The translations under genes were made by a program, and so were the position numbers. The notes beneath the pieces are model-generated. The model was not told the DNA's origin. It did not search any database and worked only from the letters and a program-made list of their open reading frames with translations. Shown here piece after piece: positions 49,042 to 56,598 of a stretch of 64,000 bases of DNA. The DNA comes from an alpha proteobacterium SCGC AAA536-G10 (lineage in GTDB: Bacteria; Pseudomonadota; Alphaproteobacteria; Puniceispirillales; Marisalimonadaceae): contig ARQU01000003.1 in the NCBI GenBank assembly GCA_000384615.1, forward strand, positions 104,751 through 168,750, read 5' to 3'. Position 1 is the stretch's first letter; the number at the start of each line of letters is the position of its first letter.

Positions 49042-49823
49042 CGTGTCCGTTTCAATGTGGATTTTTCAAAATCACGTTCGGTCATACCGGTCTGAAACTT
49101 CCAATCGGCAAACACGAGTTCCGTTTTCTTGCCTGTCTGGTGATTAATCATAACCAAACGATTAGACCGCCAGAATTTATCTAGATATTGATTATAATCT
49201 TCATAGGTCAAGGTTTTCAAAAGTGCGTCTTTGCGGTCATAGAAATCAATTTTGTGAACGCGGTACTCAGCTTTATCCATCCAAACAATCTGGCGCTTAT
49301 AGCCACTTTTGCGATCAACCGGATCATATTCAACAACAAAACACTCAAGACCATTCAACTCTTCATCACGCAGATAATTATAGGTGTATTTTTCAACTTC
49401 CTGACTAGCGATATCTTCATACGAAAATTCACTACCCATAAAAGGACCTGCCTTATTTGACGATGCGATACGCTTAACGCGTTTCAGAGCTGGCAAATAT
49501 AGCCATTGGTCATCCGAATCAGCCTTTTTTGTGTGCGAAAGGAAAGCTGTGCCGCGCACATCACCCGGACTATCAAATATTACAAGAGACTTATCACCTT
49601 CATTATAACCCTCAAACGTTCTATTACGGATTGTACGTTCAGTTGATTGCCCATATTTGTCCATTAGGATCATTGTTATCTGTGCGGTTGAATCACCAAA
49701 CCCCTTGTCGCGGCTATCGGCTTCAATCGCAATCTCTAGTCCTTTTTTAGGCGAGGCAAATGCCGCTGTTATCATAACGGCAGTGGTAATAGCGACAAAC
49801 ATGGTTACAGTACCGAGTTTCAT
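49038..49823 (-). CDS. LolA-like outer-membrane lipoprotein-sorting family protein
   Basis: Track ORF extends to 49880, but the probable start is MKLGTVTMFVAI (49823), which gives a signal peptide. The conserved block DKSLVIFDSPGDVRGTAFL...DDQWLYLPALKRVKRIASSNKAGPFMGSEFSYEDI is typical of the LolA_like family. Confidence 0.8.
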   Translation of the reverse strand: MKLGTVTMFVAITTAVMITAAFASPKKGLEIAIEADSRDKGFGDSTAQITMILMDKYGQSTERTIRNRTFEGYNEGDKSLVIFDSPGDVRGTAFLSHTKKADSDDQWLYLPALKRVKRIASSNKAGPFMGSEFSYEDIASQEVEKYTYNYLRDEELNGLECFVVEYDPVDRKSGYKRQIVWMDKAEYRVHKIDFYDRKDALLKTLTYEDYNQYLDKFWRSNRLVMINHQTGKKTELVFADWKFQTGMTERDFEKSTLKRTR

Positions 49824-49851
49824 TTTAGTCTCCTTAGACAACATCATGAGC

Positions 49852-52182
49852 TTAAGCATTTTGTGGTGCTTCTTTAACACCTATTATTGGTGTGGTTTCT
49901 TTTTTATCCTTATCAAGGGCAATCAGCAAAGCAGGGAGCAAAGTCATATCGGCAATTAAAGCTATAACAAGGGCTATGCCTGTTAACATTGCCATATTGC
50001 TGTTCACGCCAAAGGTTGATTGAGCCAGAATAGCAAAACCAGCTGTTAGTATCAGAGTTGTAACAACGAGTGCCGTTCCAACACCTTTGAAAGCCGAAAT
50101 GACAGCATCATGCGCAGACAGTTTTAATTCGCGTCGAGCAATCTGATATTTGCTGAGAAAATGAACACTATCGTCAACCACAACGCCAAGCGCCATACCC
50201 GCAACAACAGCGACAGCCATATTGACCTGCCCCACAAGCAAACCCCAAAGGCCAAAGGCGAGTGCCGCAGGCAGCAAATTAGGTATCAAGCTGATGATTC
50301 CAAGCCGGACATCACGTAAGGCAATTAGAATAACACCACTAATCAGAAAAACAGCAATAAGGGTTCCTAGCAACATACTTTGAATATTACGTTCGGAAAT
50401 ATAGGCAAACATCACAGTAGGTCCGACAGCTGTCAGGTTAAAATCAAGCTCATCCGCAAGGTAGCTTTCAGCCCGAGCAATCCAGGCACGAAGTTCATTC
50501 GTGGTCATATCGTCTATTGTAACAATGACCTGTGTTGATGATTTGCTTATATCAAGTTGATTGTTCAAATCCAAACCGAATGGCAACGATAGCTCATATA
50601 AAAGTAGATATTGGGCGGCAAGTTCGCGCGTATCAGGCACCTGGTAAAAAGCTGGGTCACCAGCGTTCAGATCACGATTAAGACGCTTGAAGGTGTCCGA
50701 AATAGATTGTACATGTGTTACCACAGGCTCATTATTCGCCCAGGCGGTAAAATTAGATACTTTTTCAATAAAGACCGGATCGCTAATACCATTGGATTCG
50801 CCAGTAGGCAAACTAAATTGCACCTGATTGACACCAGTTAGATTGCGACTGATCCAGTCGGTATCTTGACGATACTGGACTGACTCGTCAAAATATTTAA
50901 CAAAGTCATCATTGATTTCATTGAGTGGAATAAGTGACAGAATACTAACTGAGATAATAACACTGGCAGTTAGAACCGACTTATAACGCGAAGCGACGTA
51001 GACACCAAGCTTTCCCATTTTATCATCAAGCCTTGCCAAGGTGGCTTTTGATTTCAGCGGAACGAAGCTAATGAGAATAGGTAATAGAACGATTGAAAAT
51101 ATCCAGGCAGCCATAACACCTATGGCTGTTATATTACCCAGGTCGTGAAACGGTGGGGAATCTGAAAAATTCATCGACAGAAAACCCAGAGCCGTTGTCA
51201 GACTAGTTAGAAAAATAGGTTTACCATTAACTCGTATACTGTAAAGCAAGCTGTCGCGTTGACTATGCCCTGCCCGCATCCGGTTGAACATACTTACCAA
51301 TAAATGGATTGCGTCGGCGACCGCAAGGGTGGTGATAATGGTTGGTGCACTGGCAGATGGAGGCGTTAGGCCAATGCCCATCCACCCACCAGCGCCCATA
51401 GCTACAATGATACTTGGCACAACAACAAACAGCACCAAAAATGTTGCCATTATCGATCTAAGCAATAAATAAGCGACAATTAAAATAACCAAGTACATCG
51501 CCGGCACCAATGTTGCCATGTCTAGCATTGATGATTCCAGAAACGCGTTATTCAGAAATATAACACCTCCCAAGCGAATTTTGACATTATGTTTAGCTTC
51601 GATCTCGGCAGCCATTTCGCGTGCAGCGGCTGCCACAATGGCAACCTCGTCAGCGCTTTTACCTGGCATCTGAATGGTTGCATTTACGGATGTGGCCCGA
51701 TGTTGCTTATCATGAATTTTTCCTTCCAGAGCCGGCTCAGTCGTACTCACACGATCAACCAAAGCTTGTTCATTAGCGTTCATTGACATTGCATCAGTAT
51801 ATAAATCTCGCACAATCAGATCATCACCTTCAACCTCGGTATGCTGATGATTTGACAGGCTATCAACTCGGATGGAAAAAGGAAGTTGCCATGCAATGTC
51901 AGTCAACTCCTCAACAGCGGCCAGCACCTCAGGCGCATTAGCTTTGCCTGAAATTGGATCAACAGCAAAGTTAACGTTATCTATCTTGGTATAGGTCTGC
52001 TGGATTTTTTCAAATGCTTTAAGTTGAGGATTTTCTTTTCCAAAAAACACTCTGTAATCATTGTCAAAATAAAGAAATTGGGTTCCTACGGCAGCAAGCA
52101 AGGATACAGCTGTAATAAGACCTAAAACTAGAAATCTATATTTAAGTATCCACTCGCCGTAAGAGCCATTTTGCTGTGACAT
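49852..52182 (-). CDS. RND-superfamily exporter (MMPL / HpnN-like, COG1033-type)
   Basis: 776 aa. Two 6-TM bundles are each preceded by a large periplasmic loop. The SSD-like TM region is LTSLTTALGFLSM and the second half contains GVVVDDSVHFL. G+C is high (32/60 at 50161-50220). Confidence 0.85.
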   Translation of the reverse strand: MSQQNGSYGEWILKYRFLVLGLITAVSLLAAVGTQFLYFDNDYRVFFGKENPQLKAFEKIQQTYTKIDNVNFAVDPISGKANAPEVLAAVEELTDIAWQLPFSIRVDSLSNHQHTEVEGDDLIVRDLYTDAMSMNANEQALVDRVSTTEPALEGKIHDKQHRATSVNATIQMPGKSADEVAIVAAAAREMAAEIEAKHNVKIRLGGVIFLNNAFLESSMLDMATLVPAMYLVILIVAYLLLRSIMATFLVLFVVVPSIIVAMGAGGWMGIGLTPPSASAPTIITTLAVADAIHLLVSMFNRMRAGHSQRDSLLYSIRVNGKPIFLTSLTTALGFLSMNFSDSPPFHDLGNITAIGVMAAWIFSIVLLPILISFVPLKSKATLARLDDKMGKLGVYVASRYKSVLTASVIISVSILSLIPLNEINDDFVKYFDESVQYRQDTDWISRNLTGVNQVQFSLPTGESNGISDPVFIEKVSNFTAWANNEPVVTHVQSISDTFKRLNRDLNAGDPAFYQVPDTRELAAQYLLLYELSLPFGLDLNNQLDISKSSTQVIVTIDDMTTNELRAWIARAESYLADELDFNLTAVGPTVMFAYISERNIQSMLLGTLIAVFLISGVILIALRDVRLGIISLIPNLLPAALAFGLWGLLVGQVNMAVAVVAGMALGVVVDDSVHFLSKYQIARRELKLSAHDAVISAFKGVGTALVVTTLILTAGFAILAQSTFGVNSNMAMLTGIALVIALIADMTLLPALLIALDKDKKETTPIIGVKEAPQNA

Positions 52183-52307
52183 TAAAGCACCTTTTAAAAT
52201 TACAAACTAAGTTGAAAGTATCGTTGATAAACAATATTCAAGAAATAAATACTTCAACACAAAAAAATACAAAAATAGCTTAATAAGTTAGATTTGCCAA
52301 ATAAATT

Positions 52308-52398
52308 GGCAGACCACCCTTTAACTAAATTTCAATCTTGATTAGGTAATTGGTGCATTTACAAATAAGAATGATTGATTAGCTCGTTAGGCTCATAA
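52308..52398 (+). repeat. Copy 2 of the imperfect direct repeat; tRNA-fMet-like core overlaps the integrase stop codon
   Basis: GGCAGACCACCC (52308-19), TTGATTAGG (52338-46), GGTGCA and TAGCTCGTTAGGCTCATAA (52380-98). The integrase TGA (52393-95, minus strand) lies inside the CTCATAA anticodon-loop equivalent. Confidence 0.7.
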
Positions 52399-53349
52399 TT
52401 TAGCATTAACTTGAACATATCTAAACAACTGACTAGCCGTCTTATGACCACTAATTGATGCAACTTCTGGTACGTTTAATCCTTTTTCAAACATCCTTGA
52501 TATAGCTTCATGCCTTAAATCATGAAAAGTAAAGTCAATTAAGTTTGCTCTATTACGAAGCCTTTCCCAAGATTGTCTTAAAGCTACATCAGTAATAGGG
52601 AACACATGGTCAGTGGTCCGTGGAACTTGGCTCAATATATCTATAGCTTTTTTAGTAAGAGGCACCCATCTTGAACTACCATTCTTTGTTAATGGTAATA
52701 AGACTCTTTGATTATCAATGCCAATATGTTCCCACTTCATGCCTAAAATCTCACTCCGTCTCATTCCTGTTTCAATAGCAAAATCGATAATGAGCCATAG
52801 ATACCAAACCTTTGTTTCAGAGGATGCTCTCTTTAATCTTTCATATTCACCAGGTTTTAATCTTCTTTCTCTTGGAGGATTATTTTTAGGCAGTCTTATT
52901 TTTTCAACTGGATTATCACCTAAGCTCCAACCCCATTCTATACATGCAATGTTCCATGCATGTCTGATCAAAACTAGATCATACTGACAAGCTCGAACTC
53001 CATCCTTAAGTCTTCTGTCCCTAAAAGCAGCCAGAATATGGGGGTGGAGTCTTTCTAAGGGTAAGTTCATAAGATCTTTTTCTTTAAGTAACCTTCTTAA
53101 CCTTTGATCCTCTGAAATGAACCCTCTTTTCTTTGGTGTAATTTCATATTTATATTTTGTGATAAGAGAATGAAGAGTGAATGAATGCTCTTTGATCCTT
53201 GACCATTGACCTGATTGCATTAAGACTTCTTGTTTTTTTGCCCATTTCTGAGCATCTAATTTACTATGAAATGATTTTGATATAGACCCTATGTGTTTGC
53301 TTCTTACTTGTGCTTGCCATAAGTTATTTCTTTTACGAAAACTAGCCAC
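52393..53349 (-). CDS. int: Tyrosine site-specific integrase (intact)
   Basis: 318 aa, GTG start after GGAGGG. N-terminal arm-binding-like MASFRKRNNLWQAQVR. Catalytic residues are in ETGMRRSE (Arg), HDLRHE (His-x-x-Arg), GHKT (His) and LFRYV (Tyr). Confidence 0.9.
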   Translation of the reverse strand: MASFRKRNNLWQAQVRSKHIGSISKSFHSKLDAQKWAKKQEVLMQSGQWSRIKEHSFTLHSLITKYKYEITPKKRGFISEDQRLRRLLKEKDLMNLPLERLHPHILAAFRDRRLKDGVRACQYDLVLIRHAWNIACIEWGWSLGDNPVEKIRLPKNNPPRERRLKPGEYERLKRASSETKVWYLWLIIDFAIETGMRRSEILGMKWEHIGIDNQRVLLPLTKNGSSRWVPLTKKAIDILSQVPRTTDHVFPITDVALRQSWERLRNRANLIDFTFHDLRHEAISRMFEKGLNVPEVASISGHKTASQLFRYVQVNAKL

Positions 53350-53362
53350 TTTTTTCCCTCCG

Positions 53363-53378
53363 TTGTGACGGAGATGTG
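53363..53378 (+). repeat. Right copy of 16-bp direct repeat TTGTGACGGAGATGTG (candidate att core)
   Basis: Exact match to 39692-39707. It overlaps the hairpin CTCCGT-TGTG-ACGGAG (53358-53373) located just upstream of the integrase SD and GTG start. Confidence 0.7.
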
Positions 53379-53430
53379 GCAGCTAATTTACATTAGTAAA
53401 AATATTGTTATTAAACAGAGAGTTATAAGT

Positions 53431-53488
53431 TTAGAGCACCGGAATCATAATCCGGGTGTCGGGGGTTCAAGTCCCTCCTCCGCTACCA
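53431..53488 (+). repeat. Direct repeat 2: exact copy of tRNA-Met positions 39555-39612 (att remnant)
   Basis: 58/58 identity, checked by hand, from the D-loop/D-stem 3' side through CCA. Confidence 0.95.
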
Positions 53489-53538
53489 AAAAATCAGTAA
53501 AATCAATAGTTTATAAAATCATTGCTCAGTGGTCTTGA

Positions 53539-53557
53539 GTTATACACAGTTATACAC
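53539..53557 (+). repeat. Tandem GTTATACAC motifs (candidate integrase arm-type sites)
   Basis: GTTATACAC at 53539-47 and 53549-57 (10-nt phasing), 50 nt after repeat 2. The same doublet follows repeat 3 (56533-41, 56543-51) and precedes it (56344-52, 56357-65). Confidence 0.5.
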
Positions 53558-53570
53558 TAAAATTAGGAAT

Positions 53571-53809
53571 ATGAATAAGAACCTTACAATACAAAGAATT
53601 AATGTATCAAAAGGTCTTTCTTTATATAAAACTTGGCGAAGTCCTTATTATTTTGCTCGAATTTGGGATCCTATTGAAAAAAAATATCGTTAGTAGGGGG
53701 AAGTTTAAGAGATATTCAGATGATGGTTGGTCATAGTTCTCTTCAAACTACTCAGAGATATATTGAAGCAGATAGTCAATCACAAAGGAAAGTAATTGAT
53801 TTGATATGA
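53571..53809 (+). pseudogene. Integrase remnant (N-terminal ~40 codons joined to C-terminal ~35 codons; internal deletion)
   Basis: MNKNLTIQRINVSKGLSLYKTWRSPYYFARIWDPIEKKYR-stop (53571-53693), then ...SLRDIQMMVGHSSLQTTQRYIEADSQSQRKVIDLI-stop (to 53809). The latter is the canonical tyrosine-recombinase C-terminus containing the catalytic RY. Confidence 0.75.
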
Positions 53810-53863
53810 CATAGTGAAAGGAGTAATTATGAGTTCTGTGCTCTTTTCATTACCAGTAAACTT

Positions 53864-54193
53864 TTAACTTAGAATGGTGTCTTCAAGAACTATCCCTCTA
53901 TTACTAAAAGTCTTAATAATCATATCTTCACTCTCCTTAGCATCAATTTCTTTCCAAATAGGAAGGCATGCTTTAAATGCTTTTTCATCTTTATATTCAA
54001 AAACAAAACCTAATCTTGATATATTCTCTTTGTTCCAAATTCTTAAACTTACAAAACGTAATAATCCTAATTTTTTTAATCTTTTGTAGTAAGAATCCTT
54101 TACTTGATCCCACCTTAAACTTGCAAGTTCTAACTCTTTTTCTGACATAAAATCTTGTGTGGTAAAATTAATTAACTTTGGATTAGTTCCCAT
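53864..54193 (-). CDS. Hypothetical protein
   Basis: 109-aa ORF with host-like AT-rich composition. No family recognised. Confidence 0.45.
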   Translation of the reverse strand: MGTNPKLINFTTQDFMSEKELELASLRWDQVKDSYYKRLKKLGLLRFVSLRIWNKENISRLGFVFEYKDEKAFKACLPIWKEIDAKESEDMIIKTFSNRGIVLEDTILS

Positions 54194-54554
54194 AAATTCC
54201 TCTTTTTCGACATTATCTAATTTATTAATGAAAAAATATAATATTAAGAGTTATTTTAATAGTATAATGTTTTCGGACTTACTTTATCTGTATAGTCATT
54301 GGATTTAAATATGATACTAACATTTTTCTTTGTTAATAATTGTTTGATTTAAATTAGAAATCTGGTCTGATAATTCTTTAATATCTAATTCTAATTTATT
54401 AAGTTTATCCTTAAACTCTTTTTCATAATACCTTTCACCATTACTTATTTTTAAATAATTTAATAAAATTACTATCTTTATTATTGAAAAATTATTATGA
54501 ATGCTAAATACATTTTATTTTTTTTTCATATTTTTTATCTTTAATTTAGAGTGG

Positions 54555-55016
54555 TTAAACTCCACTTTTTCTTGGGGGATCCTCTTTTATTTTATTAAAG
54601 ATTGGTGAGGTCTCAAATTTTGCATCTATTTCATTTTTTGAAAAGTATGCTTTTGATCTACAAAAAACTTCCCTCTTTATGTCATACCAAAATGTAGGTG
54701 GGTCAAATGTTCCTCCACCAATACCAGTCATATCTTTGAAAATGTCCGCATTCCAAAAAACTGATGTCCCGCATTCAACACAAAACTTTGTTGCCACTAA
54801 ATTTCCAGATTCCGTTGTATATTCAAATTTTTTTAAATCGCCAGACAATAATTCTACATTTACACTTTTAAAATAGACTGATATGCCAAATGCCGACCCA
54901 GTTCTTAATTGACAATATCTGCAGTGACAAACTGCAGAATGTTCTGGTTTTCCGATTGTTTTATAACGAACATTTCCACATGCACAACCTCCCTTATTTA
55001 ATATTTTATCTGACAT
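54555..55016 (-). CDS. GFA-family (glutathione-dependent formaldehyde-activating / CENP-V-like) zinc protein
   Basis: Zinc-binding Cys pattern GGCACGNVRY...CHCRYCQ...C.ECGT is typical of the GFA domain. Confidence 0.8.
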   Translation of the reverse strand: MSDKILNKGGCACGNVRYKTIGKPEHSAVCHCRYCQLRTGSAFGISVYFKSVNVELLSGDLKKFEYTTESGNLVATKFCVECGTSVFWNADIFKDMTGIGGGTFDPPTFWYDIKREVFCRSKAYFSKNEIDAKFETSPIFNKIKEDPPRKSGV

Positions 55017-55533
55017 AAACTTTCCCTCTAATTAAATAAATTACCTTACTTAAATTTGATTAATAAATATTTATAAGTAAATCATAAAATAAAATTGAAA
55101 TTAAAATGCTTAAATATTAACTAGTAAGGATTAGATCTACTAGTAAGATTTACAACTTTAAAAGAATTACAACCCAAATCAAAACTACTATTAGATACAA
55201 AAAGTTATAGACTTTAGATATTAGTCTTATAAACCATTGATTTATTATTAAAATAGATTTTGGAAAATATTGTCTTTTTTTAAATTAATCTAGAGTAATT
55301 TTATCTTCAACTTTAGTTGTTTTATCTAAATAGGAATTAAATAACTCATCTCTACTAGACTTTGCTTTTTGTGCTTTTTTTAATTTTTTCTCTAATTTTT
55401 ACTCTTGATTATCCATTATCTTAGTAGTGCTTATTCTTATCAATTCATAAATATATAATTTAAATAAATGAGATAAAAAGTAAAACAATTTAATGGAAGA
55501 AGTATATTGAGATAATTTATTAGTCAGAAATAT

Positions 55534-55953
55534 TTAGTAGATTAGTGTTTTGTCAGTACTTAAAACTAAATCTAATAAAGTTTTAGGTAATACTTTTCTG
55601 ATTTTTTTTCCTTTTAAGTCTAAATTTGTAACTCCTCTGTTTTCACATGACATAGAAGAGACGTAAATGGTTACCCCTTTTTTTGTAAGTACTGCCATAT
55701 GTTCTTTTAATTTGCCTGTTCCAAGACCTACTAAGTTATCAATAATGGTGTTTCTAACAAGTTGAACACCATCGCCGGATAAAAATATTTCCACCTTATG
55801 TCCTTCTTCAACAGCAGTTCTAGCAAGTAAAAAACCTAACATTGATTTAGAAACATTATTAGGACCAGACATAATATGAAATAAAATACTTTCCATTAAA
55901 ATAGTATCTTTAAAAAAATGAACATGATTTTGTATTGCAATCTTGCATTTCAT
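55534..55953 (-). CDS. DsrE/DsrF-like sulfur-relay family protein
   Basis: Probable start MESILF (55896). The pattern GHKVEIFLSGDGV...GVTIYVSSMSCENRGV resembles the DsrE/TusD fold with the conserved Cys. Confidence 0.5.
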   Translation of the reverse strand: MKCKIAIQNHVHFFKDTILMESILFHIMSGPNNVSKSMLGFLLARTAVEEGHKVEIFLSGDGVQLVRNTIIDNLVGLGTGKLKEHMAVLTKKGVTIYVSSMSCENRGVTNLDLKGKKIRKVLPKTLLDLVLSTDKTLIY

Positions 55954-56422
55954 TTTTATTAAAATAATTTTAAATAAAAGTATTTTTTAGAAAAAGATTA
56001 TAAAATTAAAAATTTACTTATGTTAATTAGAAATATGTTAAAAATTTAATCAATAATTTTAATTCAATTTAATACATTTATTAAATCAAATTAATATTCT
56101 AATGCGTTATCAATGTTCTATTAATTTATTTAAGAATCGGGTTAACGTAATGGATTAGACTTTATCAGAAACAAACATTCATAAATACTATTAGTAAACA
56201 TTTAAGGACTACTCAGTATATATAAAAACTTATATTGATAGACTATGAACACCTATTCAAACCACTATAGAAAAGAGTTTAAATGAACCTAAAACGAAAG
56301 ATAAATCTATTAGAAAAATTTAAAGAAAAAATAGACACAAAAAGTTATACACAAGAGTTATACACTTTAAATATTAATCATATAAACTATTGATATTAAT
56401 GATAAATTATATTTAGGAAAAG

Positions 56423-56470
56423 GGAATCATAATCCGGGTGTCGGGGGTTCAAGTCCCTCCTCCGCTACCA
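56423..56470 (+). repeat. Direct repeat 3: exact copy of tRNA-Met positions 39565-39612 (att remnant)
   Basis: 48/48 identity, checked by hand, from the anticodon stem through CCA. Confidence 0.95.
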
Positions 56471-56598
56471 ATAATATCAATAAAATCAATCGTTTGCAAG
56501 GTTTCAAAATAGTCTTGAATTTCTATACTTGAGTTATACACAGTTATACAGTAAAATACAGGACTATCTCTGTAAACAAAATCACACAAAGAATACAG

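Larger units (their letters stand above)
39692..53378. mobile_element. 13.7-kb integrative element bounded by an exact 16-bp direct repeat (AlpA, Prim-Pol/helicase, HGGxSTG, envelope cargo, tyrosine integrase)
   Basis: TTGTGACGGAGATGTG occurs at 39692-39707 and 53363-53378. The right copy lies 13 nt upstream of the integrase start, and the left copy lies upstream of the promoter/alpA. Joining the ends would place the repeat between divergent int and alpA. Confidence 0.65.
39613..56470. mobile_element. Tandem array of integrated islands at the tRNA-Met 3' end (one apparently intact element plus degenerate remnants)
   Basis: The full tRNA lies at 39536-39612. Exact copies of its 3' 58 nt (53431-53488) and 3' 48 nt (56423-56470) follow in direct orientation. 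Integrase remnants immediately follow copies 2 and 3, and an intact integrase and P4-like replication module lie in interval 1. Confidence 0.85.

Noticed and set aside
43147-52987. ORFs opposite or out of frame in the high-G+C cargo and integrase genes: 43147..43461, 43714..43959, 44293..44687, 48606..48884, 49188..49959 (set), 50611..50841, 51284..51786, 52718..52987.
   Set aside because: Higher G+C reduces stop-codon frequency, so spurious ORFs are expected. All overlap genes with strong family signatures and have no start context or motifs.
55017-55533. Short minus-strand coding remnants in the gaps of the older islands, for example MDNQE-stop-KLEKKLKKAQKAKSSRDELFNSYLDKTTKVEDKITLD near 55300-55420 and a coiled-coil-like fragment near 54340-54480.
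   Set aside because: They are under 50 codons, interrupted or lacking start codons, and have no recognisable family. They are probably decay products and are not called as genes.
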